Assembly (NCBI GenBank): GCA_051362555.1 | Contig: CM120643.1 | Span: forward strand, 6,324,001-6,388,000 | Direction of reading: 5' to 3' | From: Lingula anatina | Taxonomy: Eukaryota; Animalia; Brachiopoda | Length of the DNA stretch: 64,000 nt | Shown here: piece after piece, positions 36,405 through 50,160 of the stretch | Layout: every line of letters begins with the position of its first letter | How positions within the stretch are numbered: the stretch's first letter is position 1 | Program-made: the position numbers and the translations under genes | The notes under the pieces: model-generated | Told to the model about the DNA's origin: nothing | The model's input: only the letters and a program-made list of their open reading frames with translations | Database searches by the model: none

Positions 36405-37995
36405 GTAAATGACGAAACGATCAGCGAACCAGCACCTAAAAAACCCAAACATAGGACGGAGTTTTACGCTCCGTGGTTGAAGAAGTATACATGGCTTCGA
36501 CATGAACCTGATGAAGGTAAGTTGACTACATTATTCATCATTAAATTTATAAAATTTTACAAATTTCACCATATCTTGCATTTGTTACTTCATTACTTAC
36601 TGGAATCTATATACAACTGGAAAATAAAACCAAACCAATCACTTTAATGTCAGGGATGTTGCTTTAATACATATGTATTTCTTTCGTATTACAAGAAAAC
36701 GTGGCCGCTAATCAAAAAGATACATTGTACATTTTCCGATCACGTAGGCAGTTTTAGCCAGTTTCGACCATGTGCTCTTCATGAATGACGTTTGTGAAAA
36801 GTAGTCTTGCATAGCAATAGGCTGATTTTGTCACATGCTCCGTTTACCCCGCCTTTATGCTTGTATAAGGAAGTAGATTGACAGTCTTGAATATTAGACC
36901 TGCCCTTCCTGCAATCCACTTGAATGTGAGCAATCCCAATGAGATGATGTATTCATACATTTTTAATCCGGAATGATTAGATTATTTTTAAAATGTAAGA
37001 AGCTTTACGAGACTTTGAACCCATTTGTTAATTTAAATATCAATAAAAGTTCATTCACAGTCATTTAGAGCAGGGCAAAGGCAGCAACGTCGATGCTATC
37101 GTATATCTGTTTGGCGGAAGATCGTTGCTTCGTTAAATTATTATGTAACGCTACATTAACATCAAATACCATTGTTTAACCATAGAAATGCATTGTTTCA
37201 GGTATGTTTTGTGCCTGGTGTTCAAGCCATGGTCAAAGGTCCAAGAAAGGCACTGACATCTGGACCAAAGTTGGGTGCCAGACGTACAGAGAAGGCACTA
37301 TTAAGAGACATGAACAGTCCACCATGCATCAGGTGTCTCACAGTTTGGAGGTGGAATACAGACAATCAAAGATAGATGGAGGGATAGCAGCTGTTACGCA
37401 GGATGTGGTGTCTGTGGAAACAGAGGCTTTCATTGGTGCACTGAAGTGCATGTACTTTTTAATGAAGAAAGAAATCCCACACTCTACTCGTGGAGAAGGC
37501 TATGATTGCCCTGTAGACATTTTATTTTATCCCAGAGATAAAATAAGTTTTAAACTCACAAGTACAAATTCTAGATTGTTTCAGAAGAGTGCACTGCATT
37601 TTATTAACTTTACTTCAATGTAACCTGATGTCAATGAAGCAATAAAAACAATGTGAAATGCCTTATGTTTCAGAGATTTATTCAAAAATAAAAGTGAAGT
37701 TTAATTCAGAGCCATGACTATTGTTTATATAAAGTAAAACTTGACACAGGAACATCTACAAAATGATCATAGTTATCATTAAAGAAATGATGAATTCTCT
37801 TACCATAAAAATGACCTTTTAGACTTCTAAAATTGCCCAGAATGCAGGTATTTGCACCAATTTTTCAAAATTTTCACGGGGGAGCATGCCCCCAGACCCC
37901 CCTAGCATGGCGAGCGCCTCTGGCCCTCGCTTCCGGAGACCCTCACCATAACTGCTCTTCCCCCACCTTATAATTTCAAGTTGTGGAGAACACTG
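36405..37995 (+). mobile_element. Internally deleted hAT element with ZNF862-like transposase N-terminus (exons ~36405-36516 and 37202-~37490) and right terminus
   Basis: Spliced (GT 36517, AG 37201): PKKPKHRTEFYAPWLKKYTWLRHEPDE-G-MFCAWC...WTKVGC...IKRHEQSTMH...MYFLMKKEIPHST (TTF-type finger). Subterminal ttttcaaaattttc.ggggagcatgcccccagacccccct and end GGAGAACACTG at 37995; left TIR not found. Confidence 0.75.
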
Positions 37996-38500
37996 TCAAG
38001 AAATATTAGTCTTACTCTTGTGGCAGGGAATACACAAATCGAAACTCGTGTTTGCGAGCCAATTTCCATCAAACTAGATCATTTCAAAATCAAGGAATCT
38101 GTTCGAGTAGCGCCGATACATGACGATTTTTTGTTAGGCCACGACCTAATCACCCAGTTTAATGCGAGCAAGCATTGCAATTTGGGTTATATTTAAATAG
38201 AAGGGCGCGACATACCAATGCAACAAATGGAGTGCACAAGAGATAAAGATAGCTTTGGTTAGTGTGTCAAGAAATGTGGTAGTACCCCCAACTTCAGCAC
38301 TTAGGATAACGTGCGAGATCAATGAAAAGTTAGAAAAATACGTCGTCCAAGGTAAAGAAAGAAGAGGGACTACTAATACCGAGATCTGTCTTGTCTGAAA
38401 ATTCAAAACCAGTCGTGTGCCTCGTAAACCCATCTGATCAATACAAAAAATTATAAAGGGCTCATGTGGTCGCTACAGCTTGCAAAGTTTTGGAAATTTT
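37996..38500 (+). pseudogene. Gypsy-type aspartic protease / pol N-terminal remnant
   Basis: PISIKLDHFKIKESVRVAPIHDDFLLGHDLITQF followed by VSVSRNVVVPP, matching retropepsin C-terminal ILGxDFL context; stops and frameshifts present. Confidence 0.65.
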
Positions 38501-40479
38501 TGAAAACCCTGTTTCGCACTTCGGTTTACATCTAGTGGGAGGGGGGTCTAGTAAAACTGATCAATCATGTGCCAAGATAGGCCATCACAAGTGAGTGAGT
38601 TAGGCCAGGTGGAGACAGCATGCCCACTGCAGGAGATCGTCTACATAGTGACATCATAACTGTCACACATACATTGTCTCAATCTCCCACTCCGAATCGG
38701 ACGTGTCAAGATCGACGATTCCAAATATTCTGTCAAAGAGCCTGACAATAGCCAGTGATCACTCACCAATTCAGTAAGTAGACACAGTGAATACTTTATA
38801 ATGTATGAATTCCTAACATACAAAGCCATTACAACACTCCAGCTGGAGGACTATGACTTAAAAGAGAGATAAAGATACTTGATAGGACGAAGTGAACACT
38901 ACAAAAATCCCCACAAATAACTTTTATAGTTCAGTCATTCTTTGCTAGTGGTGCACTGCAGGGGGGCCATAACAAGAATGTTATTTAAATTTAGATAGCC
39001 AACCAAATTCTCATGACATCGTTGTGTATGTTTCAATAACAAATCAAAGAAGCTGCATGAGCAAGGAGGATGTTGTTATAAAAGCAAAAAAAGAGAAAAA
39101 GCAGAAAATATATCGAAATTACCCTCAAAATGGCGTCCTTTTTTGTGGAATTTTGACCCTACCTCTATTTAAGAACAGTTTGTTTAGGGTTTGAATGGAT
39201 TATTGAAGCAGGAAATACATCTACTGCAAGAAGATATAATAAACAGAATGTGCAAATTGTTATTTAAATAAAAATTTATTTGAAGTCACTGAAAAATGAT
39301 CACAAAATTAGCTTAACTTACGATACATGCGATGTGCCACCCCGATGAAAATTTCATCTAATCCTATCTTTCCGTATTAAAACTGTTCAATCGTCCAAAG
39401 TAGTATGTCAGTTAGTTTGTGTCACGAAGTCCATGATAATATCAGTTTTCTTAAGAATTTCACATTTATTGCTCAGCAAGGTCGATTTTTCTTCACCGCG
39501 TCCCAATATAACGTTCGCAACGCTGAAACTTCAGAGATCGATTTTTATCAGACGACTTTAAAATGCCGCGTGAAAATTATACATCGATAGCGATCTTCTT
39601 CCATACTCACTAACTGATGACGTCTTACACACGAATGGCTTCTTTTGCACACTGAAAAACCAGCTCTAACTGGCGCGTATCCCATTCTGATAACATGTCA
39701 TGTCAGTGACGCTGTCGAGATAGGATGCAGGGCACAGGTGTAATTCCCTCGATTTAACCGCCACAGGATTGTTTATAGGGATCTTCTTTGTATGAAGGTG
39801 AGAAATAATGAGTTCCGTTTCATTTTTCTTCAATTGTTTCAACATATTTGTGTACAGATTGATTTTTACCATTCTATAAGTAGGGTGACTTCGTCTGAAC
39901 TTTCGTTTTGCGTCTGTGTCACATGGGGGACTAAAAGTCATATTGAACATGGTGACGCGGTGATACCGTATTCATGTTCTCTTGTTCTCGAAAACTCAAT
40001 CATCGAAATTGAATTACTTTTTTTTAGTTTTGTCTTAAATTAAGCTGCTACACTGTATTCCGTGTGTTTAAAATTTAACCGTCTGTAAAAACAGCAATAA
40101 TGGATTACTCGCAACACTTACGTTACGCAATGAAGCACCGAAAATGGGTGAAGAAAATGTGTCTCAGTAATGCGTGTTTGCCACTCATAATGCACTGTAC
40201 TTTGTTTGAATAAGCAATAAACTATTTGTGATCTTAGGTTATCCATTGTTCGTTATCAAAGTTAACAGATTCTTTGTGTGATTTTTTTTTCAGAATCCCA
40301 AGAGTGGATGCCTTAGTGAGCATAGAACAGATATCACCATTGGTCCACATATGTCAGGAAGAATGTTATAATTATGAACTTTGTGTTACACTGAACTTCA
40401 TTTTGTTAAATTTTGTATTTAACTGAACTTTATTGTGTTAAAATAATAATAAAAAATAATAATTCAGATAAAAAACTAC

Positions 40480-40790
40480 AATCTGGAACATTCTTTAGAT
40501 CAACTTTGTTCAGTGTGTGTCCCATGTGACAGAGATACAGTAAATAAAATATGTGCATTATTCCTCTGTGTTTGTCAATTCCATTTTAAAAGCATGTGAA
40601 AGTGGTGTGCCCCTCATGATTGAAGTGTGTATGGATAATAGCAAAAATATTGTTATTATTTACATGATTATAAAAAGTTTTTGTACCCGCGTCAATAACG
40701 TTACCGTGATCCACATATTCACCATTTTTATTAATTATGAAATGTGGATTAAATTCTTCAAACCCAGTTTTGAAGCATTGAGACAACACC
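40480..40790 (-). pseudogene. Possible very old Sola-like transposase fragment
   Basis: NVIDAGTKTFY...NNIFAIIHTHFNHEG...CF*NG...IFYLLYLCHMG loosely follows the Sola pattern; weak by-eye similarity only. Confidence 0.2.
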
Positions 40791-42091
40791 CCCTTATGAT
40801 TTAAACTAAAACTGAAAACATTCCATTAGACTTTCATTAGTTTGTGCAAAATATATTACCCAGGGTAACGCGTCTTGGATTTGATGGGTATAGCTGTTCA
40901 ACTCTCCTGTGTGCCCTAAAAAGGGCAGCTGCTGTTTCCCTTTTTATGAAATGATTAACTGTGATGGTGTAGCTATCACATCGCAAAATTACAGCTTCCC
41001 AGAGAAAGTTTGAAATTTTCGGTCAAATTCAACATTTTGTAACCACTAGCAAAGAATGACAGAGATAGGAAAAGACAACACAGAAACCCTATTGCTCCTT
41101 AATTCTGCTAGAACTTTTTACGTTTTACCTCAGATGTTTCCAGGAATCCAGATCTACTGTATAACACCTATAACACCAGGATCACCGGATCCCTTTATCT
41201 ATCCTCTACCTCTTGTCTCTGAAGCTCCTTCCTCTCTCTCTCTCTCTCAAAAACCCCGCCCAACTGTCGCTTTCAATCCCAAGACTTCCGGTACCAGATC
41301 ACTACAACAAAGTACTCACCCTTTTGTCATCAAGAATGTCTTTGCATGCAGATAAATAGATTCCAGAATCGTGGAATGTCCTAACGTTTCAGATCAAACT
41401 TTTATGGTAACTCTAAAATATATCTTGTCTTTGGAATAACGTTATTTCATAACGTGTAAAATTTTCCCGCTCCGCCTAGGCCCGACAAAGTAGGTCAAAT
41501 AAAACCCGCAGTGAATACTGGGTCACATCTCGGTACATCCGGTCACATATGAAGTGCGCCGCAGTTTTGCTGAGTCCAAGTTATTATATCTTTTGATTTT
41601 TTATTTAGATATGATATTGTTGATAATTAATTGAGAATATATTTTCACAAAAAGGTAATTCATTTTTTCAATTGTTTTTATTATTATTTTCTTTTTGCTT
41701 CAACTTTTGATGGATCTCAACTAACACAACGCTCAATTTGAGCAAATGGATCGAGCATTTAAGGATCTTCAGTAGAGTAATTACCATTAAAAGTATAATA
41801 AACGTACTTTGAAATATTCTAAAGTCAATTTTTGCCTAAATATCCTGCAAAGCTACTAGTACCTGTATTTTACTTTTCTAGACTGCGCTAGTAGGCTTTA
41901 TATTAGGCCTACATGCGCGTTCATTTTTTTTTTCAAAACGTCTGAATTTTTTCCTCAATTCCAAGCCCTATATTTTCTCAATGCCAAGTAACGAAGGTTT
42001 TGTAAATGGCTTTTTAAGAGAATGCAGTTTTGTCGTGTTTCGTGTAAAACATATATGACTGTGCCCTATTAACATATCGTCCATCTAATCA

Positions 42092-42853
42092 TGAGGGCCC
42101 GCTGGGGGGTAGTGATCACAGTTCACGGCGACAGGAAATAAAATCATCAAATTACAAATCACATAAATCAATTAAAAATTTTATTCGTATAATGACTTCG
42201 TTCCACTAAGGGCGAGGTGTTATAGTGAGGAATGACGACAGCAGTTTGGAGCTTTCGAACGTTTATTCACCGACTCTCTCTTCATAAAACTTATATTTAT
42301 ACTCAATTTCTCCGTACTGATCACGCATTTACTTGTTTTCTTTTCCATTGTCTTTGCGTGATTACAAAATATTTTCCATTCGCATGTTGCAATTCACCGC
42401 ATGCAACATTTCCTTATTAGGTAATCCCTAAGAGACTTGTTTTCAATTAAAGATATCTAAAATATTATTTGGATTACTCATACTTAGACCTTATCCAAAA
42501 CTCAGATATCATGTGATAAATAGATGATCAAAATTACAATATGTTATGAAATTAACCAATCATATTAACTGTTACTGACTTTGACCTTTTCCATCTTTTT
42601 CTGACACTAAAAACATGTTCTACACTTGTTGACTCTTGGTGAAACTTAACTTACACTCAATGACTTTTTGTCTAATTTACTCATTTGATTCCGCTTTAAT
42701 TGTTTTCTGTAATTAGTGAAAGTGTAAGTAATTTGCTTTACAACAGAGGGATAGAAACCCCGCAATTCACGATTCACAGGAATGGGGTGCTTCACATCTC
42801 GGGGAATGATAAGTGGATGTTACGAGTAAGAAAAATAACCAACGGGGCCTTCA
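42092..42853. mobile_element. Non-autonomous DNA element with short inverted termini
   Basis: tgagggcccgctgg versus reverse complement of the right end tgaaggccccgttgg; (t/a)tcac repeats near both ends. Confidence 0.4.
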
Positions 42854-42985
42854 GTCCTTGTCTTAACTAAAATGAAGATTTAATTAATGTCTAAAATATT
42901 TCAAAACATTATTTAAGCAACTAAAATAAATGATCTAGAACAAAAATACGCCACGAAGGATTTTTTCAGCTTTTAAAAGTAGCTT

Positions 42986-43022
<37 letters not shown>

Positions 43023-43289
43023 GTTATTTAAGATGAACATTCTAGACATTTTCTGAGACGTTACACATTATACTTGTTTCCAAACAGGTACCTTATATTT
43101 CTACTTTATTTAAAATAAACTTGAAATAAACTCTCTCTCTCTCCGGTTGTCTCTGGCCGAATTCACAATCAGTTGATCCTCGGACCAGAATCAGATTACA
43201 AACCTCTTTAATGATTATTAACTGTTATGACTGATAAATGAAACTACATTTTTTCATTCGACAGCATCTTCCGTATCTTTATGAAAAAA

Positions 43290-43700
43290 TATATTGAAAA
43301 CGCATCTGTAAAGATTAACTCTGAAAGATGAAAAAATGCCTGAGCTTTTGGCTTGTGAACCTTCTTCAGGTACCAAAACAAGAATAAACAAGCAAACTAC
43401 TGGTATAAGTGGCGTATGATGCATGTAAATGGGACACGAAGTTAGAAGTGCGTGATGAAGGTTAACGTCTGGAAGATTACGTAATAATAAAACAAGAATA
43501 ATATTCGTTGAGATACTCATTGTCTCTATAAAGTCCTTTTTTGAAGTGTAATATTTTTATGAACTTTTTCTCGACAATCCGTCTTTGTCTTGTGTCGCGT
43601 ATGTGTCCTTTTAAAATGGTGACTGTTTGTACTGTGGTGGTTCTTGATGCGAGTTTTAAGGGCGTAAGACGGCTTTTTTCTATCGTTTTCACTTTTAATT
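43290..43700 (-). mobile_element. Penelope-like element 3' remnant (GIY-YIG C-terminus plus hammerhead-like motif)
   Basis: VTILKGHIRDTRQRRIVEKKFIKILHFKKGLYRD resembles the R..E..WI..L....GLN end of PLE endonucleases; downstream cCTGAAGAaggttcacaagccAAAAgcTCagg (43370-43339). Confidence 0.75.
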
Positions 43701-43993
43701 ACTATGAGTTCTATTACTGTACATAGCTACCAATTATCTGCGCTTTAAGCTTGTACTTTTTAATACAGATACAAGCAAGGCAAGCAAAAAGTCTCTGGCA
43801 GTGAATTGTGAACTGTTGCTGCTACCACTCCTACATAAAGTAGATATTGCAAACATACATCGGCACATGAATCAATAAGATATCAGACAACTTTCATGGA
43901 AAATAAACTGAAATTAAAGCTGAATATTCTTTTATCTATTATCATTTCGCATTTACGTTCAATCTCGGCACGTTCGTCTTCCTCACTATCATA

Positions 43994-45650
43994 CAGACTT
44001 GACATTTAATATGGAATATTTCAATTTTGAGGGTACGCCTAGGTAGAAATGCGTTCTTTTTTCAAAAAACTGCGATCTCATATAAGACATGTGAATGGAA
44101 AAGTGTGTAGTCAGGTGTGTCGCTTCCAATTAACAGAATACCAGGTTTGTTACGCTGCTGCATTATGTAATATGCAGTAATTTAATTGGGTAGTGCTCCT
44201 TTGGGCAGGTCAAATCTTGGCTTTGGCAAAGCATGCTTCTGTCAAAAAAGTATCCATATGTCGGCAACTACTGCATAGAAGAATTTGAAATTTTGCATGC
44301 AAGTGGTCGGTTTTACAGTGTGTAAAATGAGTTATGCAGTGCTTTACAAATTTGTTAATCTGTGGCAAAATGGCGCGAAAAAGAAAGACATTGCCAGACA
44401 GTTAATTGCGCCAAAGGAAACGGTCCATACAGTTTTATAGTGTAATGCCCAGACTGATGTACCTACATAGAGGCCACACCCAATGTATTAAAATCTTACC
44501 ACCAGAGTAAAGGACCCACTGATTTTCAGGATATGGTGTTGCAACTAAACAAAAACCACCCAGTCCTTCAGAATGAGGGGTAAATTGCCACCAAAACGCA
44601 TTTTTCAAGGCCCTTAGCGAACACCAAACTGGTTTTAGCAGGTTAGAATACCAGACGACCTCCGAGGAACCTACTGTAAACAGCAAAACATCGTTGTATG
44701 TTTCTCTAATGAATTGGGGACCCTGACCGTTTCTGGGATGAACAATAAAACCTCGTGGCTTTCTTTATTGAGGTCAGATTTCACCTGTACCGCTCAACTA
44801 ATCAAAACAGAGTTTACAGACATCCAGAAGAGGCCAATGACGAAGTGTGTGCCGCGTTTAAAGTGACTTAGGTCATTAACAGTGTCAGTATTTGAAGTGG
44901 ATACCACATTGGTGCCAAAACACCAATGGGAGTCATCGACGAAAACCTGAACCAGATTAAATAAAGGAATAATCAGGGAACCACTTGACTATCATTTGAT
45001 AGGGGGCACCCTAGGAACAATTTTAGGTTGTACGGTGAGATTGCCGGTTCACATAGAGCACTTTTAATAACAGATTACTTAGAGAACCAAGGGAATGAAC
45101 AGCTACCTTGGTCATCAAAACCGCCATATTTGAACCACGTAGACAATATGTGGGTAGGCCATCACTCGCCAAATGAATGGCCTACATGTCCTACAACAAA
45201 ACTGGACCAAATTGGACAGATTTTGACATCCCTGGAATGTTATTCCAGATTGAACTCTAAAAACCTATCCCAAGGAATGCCTTGCCAATTGAGAGCACTG
45301 GTAGCAGCCAGAAGAGGTCAGACGTAACAGCGACTGTTACTGTGACTAGACACTGACATGAGGGTCCTTTGTGGAGCGTGTAACTCTTTTACAGACAATA
45401 ATTTGGAAAATATGGAGATCCAAAATATCTCTTTAAAGGTTGTCGTATGAAGTAGAAAAGGCAATGTGTTTTTGTTTGCTTCTCTGGCGAATTCTATTAA
45501 TGAACTGATGTCACAATGACATCAAAGAGATAATTAAAAGTTATTGGAACATGATTTTAATCCTTATTTTCATTTATCAGACAGCAAAATAGGTAAAAAC
45601 TGATGAAAAATGATTTGGAAAAAAATATTCCATATTAAATGTCAAGTCTG
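43994..45650 (+). mobile_element. Tc1/mariner DNA transposon, defective copy 3 (1657 bp)
   Basis: Same TIRs and TA flanks; colinear with copies 1 and 2. Confidence 0.95.
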
Positions 45651-46093
45651 TACTTCAGTCGCAGTCCGAAGCGACGAAGTTCAAACAGTGCATATCAAAG
45701 CCGTAAATAGGAGTCCTTACGTAGGAAACCACGCGCTAGAGAATGGGTTTAATTAAGGCATTCTTGTCGACGGTATTGTCACTAATTTAGAGAATCATGA
45801 ACAAATCTGGATGACTCTATCTATAACAAAGCTATTGTTACCTAAAAATAAAAAATTACTTTTCAGAATTAATACAAGAAAAATTAATGAAAAGAACAAA
45901 GGCAGGATAATTTTGAATTAAAAATGGAATCTGAACGACAAATAGGCCTACAGCTTCAAGCAAATGGAAATGAAAATAGAATATACACACCCTTGACTTA
46001 CGAGTTAAGCTACAATTAATTTTTAAAATAATATCGGTACCTTGTCAATGTATGGCAGGACTACGTGAACACCCTCCCCTACACATACACTAA

Positions 46094-46138
46094 ACACACA
46101 CACACGCGCGCGCGCACACACACACACACACACGCACA
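46094..46138. repeat. Compound (CA)n(CG)n(CA)n microsatellite
   Basis: acacacacacacgcgcgcgcgcacacacacacacacacacgcaca; alternating purine-pyrimidine. Confidence 0.9.
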
Positions 46139-47778
46139 GGCTCATCGTCGAAGAGGGGGAGAACCAAATCCAATCATCGAAGTTGTACATCGGGTCACTA
46201 TTTGTCCTAAGTAAACCATCATAAAATAAACGAATCAGATCAAAATTACAATAAAGCGCGGAATGTGCAGACCAGCATAATCAACACCTGTGGGTTTGGA
46301 TACAAAACTGCTCTTCCCCGTTGCCAACGCTCTCAATTCAGGTCTATCTTTTAAAATAAAATGTTTTATTGTATATATAAAAAAACATGTATAAAACAAC
46401 ATACTGCGGTCGATAATCTAGCAGTGTGTAATACTGTGCATGAACCCAAATATGTTGTAGATGTAGCATTATCAAAATAGAAATACCATATCATGAAAAG
46501 TCACATTAGAATTCTCCCCCATCCCCTCCCACCAATACGCCCCTTTTCTATTTTCTAATAATACCATACAAACTCAGCGTGTGTAGGAGTGTGAAAACTA
46601 AAGTAGATCAAAAGCCATGTAAGGATTCATAGGGGAGATAGGTAATCTCCTTTTGCTCTTTTTTTAACCTGTCAATTTTGAGAAGAAATACAGTGAATCG
46701 GTGTCTCTCATTGCACTTAGTCAATATAAATTCAAATATGTAAAAACATCTTTCCTTTACCACGTAATTCGTCAGATGTAATAAAATACAGCATTTCCCT
46801 AAAAAACCTTTACCCCCTCTTGTGAATGCAATGTGCCGTCTGCAGAGCTCAGCGTCTGCTACCTCGCTGGATGCTTCGCGGTTCCCGGGATGTGAACAGT
46901 TAACGCGGTCTGAAAAATTTTAGGGAGAGTCAGATGAAATATAGAGGGACCGTGGCATCTATAAAGTTCTACATGATGAAGCTGGAGATGTGGACTAGTT
47001 TTACTCTTTTCTTTAAAAGTTTGCAATATACTCTGACTTTCAGTAACCCCATGTAACCAAAATATTTTGTTGGTATCTTGATACATCTCCCACTTGTGTC
47101 TCCCCCCTAAATCGGTCCACGCTAAAAAATCAATAATCGTATGGCAATTTTATACAGGCAATTGACCTACTTTTATACCCATGCAGCTATCAACGAGTTT
47201 TATGGCTGTGGAGTGAAACGTGATACACGTCTGTGATATAAAAATTATTTCTAATTACATAATTTACAAACATTGCATTTGGATGAAAGGTGTCCAGATT
47301 TGTGAGCAAAAGATGACATTGCTATTTGAAAATAATGAAAAAATTAAAGACCGGCCAAAATCAAGAAAAATGCATTTTTTCCCTTATATGCAAATTAGGT
47401 TCCTTGAAGTAATATAAGACTGGCCGGAAGTGATGTTCAGAGATTTGTAACGATGATGATCTTGATGGCCTTGATAATCTTAATGGTGGTTCAAAAAATA
47501 TTATCAAAGTTTTCAGTTGTCATCTGGTGAGAAAGAAATTTTCCGCACTAACACAATCATTCCACGAGTGAAAAATAATTAGTAAACGCGCCTCAGAGAT
47601 GCGCTTCAGACGTCACGGCTTTTGGGCGAAAATCACACGCGACAATTCGTCATAATTATTTGATATAGGTAAAAAAAACAAAAGAAAAACTGTGATTGAA
47701 AATGGATATCGGCAAAGCATGAAAATTTTGACAGCATTATTATTTATTTGTGTTCGACAAGGATGAATTTAATTAGAA

Positions 47779-47782
<4 letters not shown>

Positions 47783-47812
<30 letters not shown>
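47783..47812. repeat. (CT)n microsatellite
   Basis: Read directly. Confidence 0.9.
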
Positions 47813-47816
<4 letters not shown>

Positions 47817-48136
47817 AAGCGAATATAAAGGAGAAAGCCGAGCGAAAAAATAATGCGCATAACAGTCAAAAACCGTAAAAGAAAATCAGAGTTAAAAATC
47901 TTGTTGGCCACTACAGTTCCTCTTCATAGAGGATCACAGACAAAATTTTAAGGCAACTTGTAGCCTTTTCAATTGATGTTGTAAAGTAAATGACTTACAC
48001 TTTCACTAACTGCAGATAAAGATTATAACGGAATCAAACAAGTTAAAGGATAGGGAGTTATTGAGTGTTGCGCTGACAGACAACTCACAACGTAAATAAC
48101 AACAACAACAATCTACACGCAATATGGTAACGTGCA

Positions 48137-49501
48137 GGCTACGTACCTATACTCCCCCGCACCGATACTCCCCCGCACTGATACTCCCGCGTACCGATAC
48201 TCCGCAAAAACACTACTCCCCCAAGGCATAGATTCCCTTGGCTTTGTAAACCCCATTCGTAATTTACAACACTTTCTGTAATGCTTTTTTTTTTCAAGAT
48301 GCACCACCCTCTTGGGACCCAGAATTGACTAATTTTATTCGAAATGTATTAGGAAAAATAAAGAACGTTACACGAAGTCAATCTCAGACTTAGTGTGCAG
48401 CTTGACAGTACGTAGGTCTACAGCTCTTCCTTGTGATTTTTGAGAAATGTTTTTGCAAAATTAATTTCGTTCTCCTACTGTACTCGGTAGTTACTGTATA
48501 TATATTGTACGGCCTTTTATTTATTTATTTATTTCTTTTTTTTTTTTATTATTAACTTAAGGCAAAGTTAGTTTTAATCTAAGATAACGCAGCTATTTTT
48601 TTCAGGCAACGATGAATTCGTAAAATTATTAATTATTAGTAATAAAAAAGAAGTGCTAAAGCGCTTCGTTTTCTGTCTTTTTCCTCCAACCTTCTTTTCT
48701 GCTCTTTAAGCTTCTTTCCCTTGTCTTTTGAATCTGAATTAGATTAGAATCCGAATTGAGCAAAATTCAAAAAATTTGAAAATTGTTGCACAACGAAATT
48801 GTCGAGACACGAGCATGCGTCGTGAGCACGCCTTTTATACTCGCAGTCCCGTCGTGTTTTCGATTTTGTTCGTTATAGATGTGAGGGCGTGCGCCGTACT
48901 CAACACGCAAAGGGCTCTTTCTCCTTCATTTCTTGCGGCGTGCATCTTGGACCAGGCAAGTCTCACTTGCAAACCAATCGCAAACTCCTTAGAAAGGGAG
49001 CAAATTACGCTTGCGGCCTCGCTGTTCGCAGATTATTCCTAGAATCTATTGGAAATGTTCAATATCCTCCGTACGTGCTTACATACGTGCGAACTCGAAA
49101 TTTCGCATAAAGGACTTGCGTGGTACATGAGATTCTCCGCAAAATTTGGACTTAAACGGGTCGTAGATTTTGATCCACTTACCTAGACTGACCCTAACCT
49201 GTATAATTAAATGGAGGGTTGACTCTGTTACTCGATCCTCAGATTCGGCAAAATTGCTTAGGGGGAGTAATGATGCGGGGGAGTATCGGTGCGGGGGAGT
49301 AACGGTGCGGGGAAACAACAACGCCGGGGAGTATCGGTGCGGTGGAGTAACGGTGCGCGTATAACGGCAATTTTACAGGGGGTTTATCGATGCGGGGATC
49401 TATCGGTGTGGGGTCGTATCGATGTGCATAATGCAAAAATTTACTAAGGGGGAGTATCGGTGCGGGGGAGTAACGGTGCGGGGGAGTATCGGCATGACCC
49501 C
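48137..49501. mobile_element. Non-autonomous foldback element with inverted ~15-bp subterminal repeat arrays (MULE-like)
   Basis: Left (gatactcccccgcacc)n and right (ggtgcgggggagta(t/a)c)n; GG...CC termini; flanks aacgtgca / aacgtggc suggest a decayed 8-9-bp TSD. Confidence 0.7.
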
Positions 49502-50160
49502 AACGTGGCTATCGGTAACGCAGTGGCCGATTAAGAGGTTTCTGAAAAATATATCGCACCAATATTCCCCTCTTGAAATTAGAATTTTGTCTAACCTTTG
49601 TATATTTTTAATTGGAAAATCTACTTATTGATATTATTCCATTTTTTCACAAAAATTATTTGTTTTTCTTATAAAAATAAAAGAGAAAGGGAAAAGATTA
49701 GAGGGAGAAAAAGATCAACAATTGAACATACATATTTTCCTCAAAATATCCTTTATTACAGTGAAATAATGAAGAACATATATACTATTGGCATGCATGT
49801 ACCAAAAACAAAAAGACTTTCACTAGTATCTTAAAATGAAAATCAATATTTCTTCATACATAAAGAACAATGCACTACCTCCAAAAGAATTAACAAAATT
49901 TCAAGTATGGCATTACAGTATTGACAAACCTCTATTCAAACAAATAAAAAATACATCAATAGAACAATGTTAAATATCTAATTTCCTTGATCTGAAAACA
50001 GTAAAGGAATGCATCTGACAAACTACACTGATATAATTTTATTTCCATTTCTTATTCTTTATTTCACAATACACGCTAACAGATTTACCATCATTTTAAT
50101 ATACACAACTAACAAAATTGTTAAGTTGCAAAAAAATGTCAAAAGAACATTTACATACGC

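Noticed and set aside
16435-47050. Shared ~70-bp segment (aaaagtttgcaatatact...ctttcagt) at ~16440-16515 and ~46980-47050
   Set aside because: Probably fragments of an ordinary dispersed repeat; no termini could be defined.
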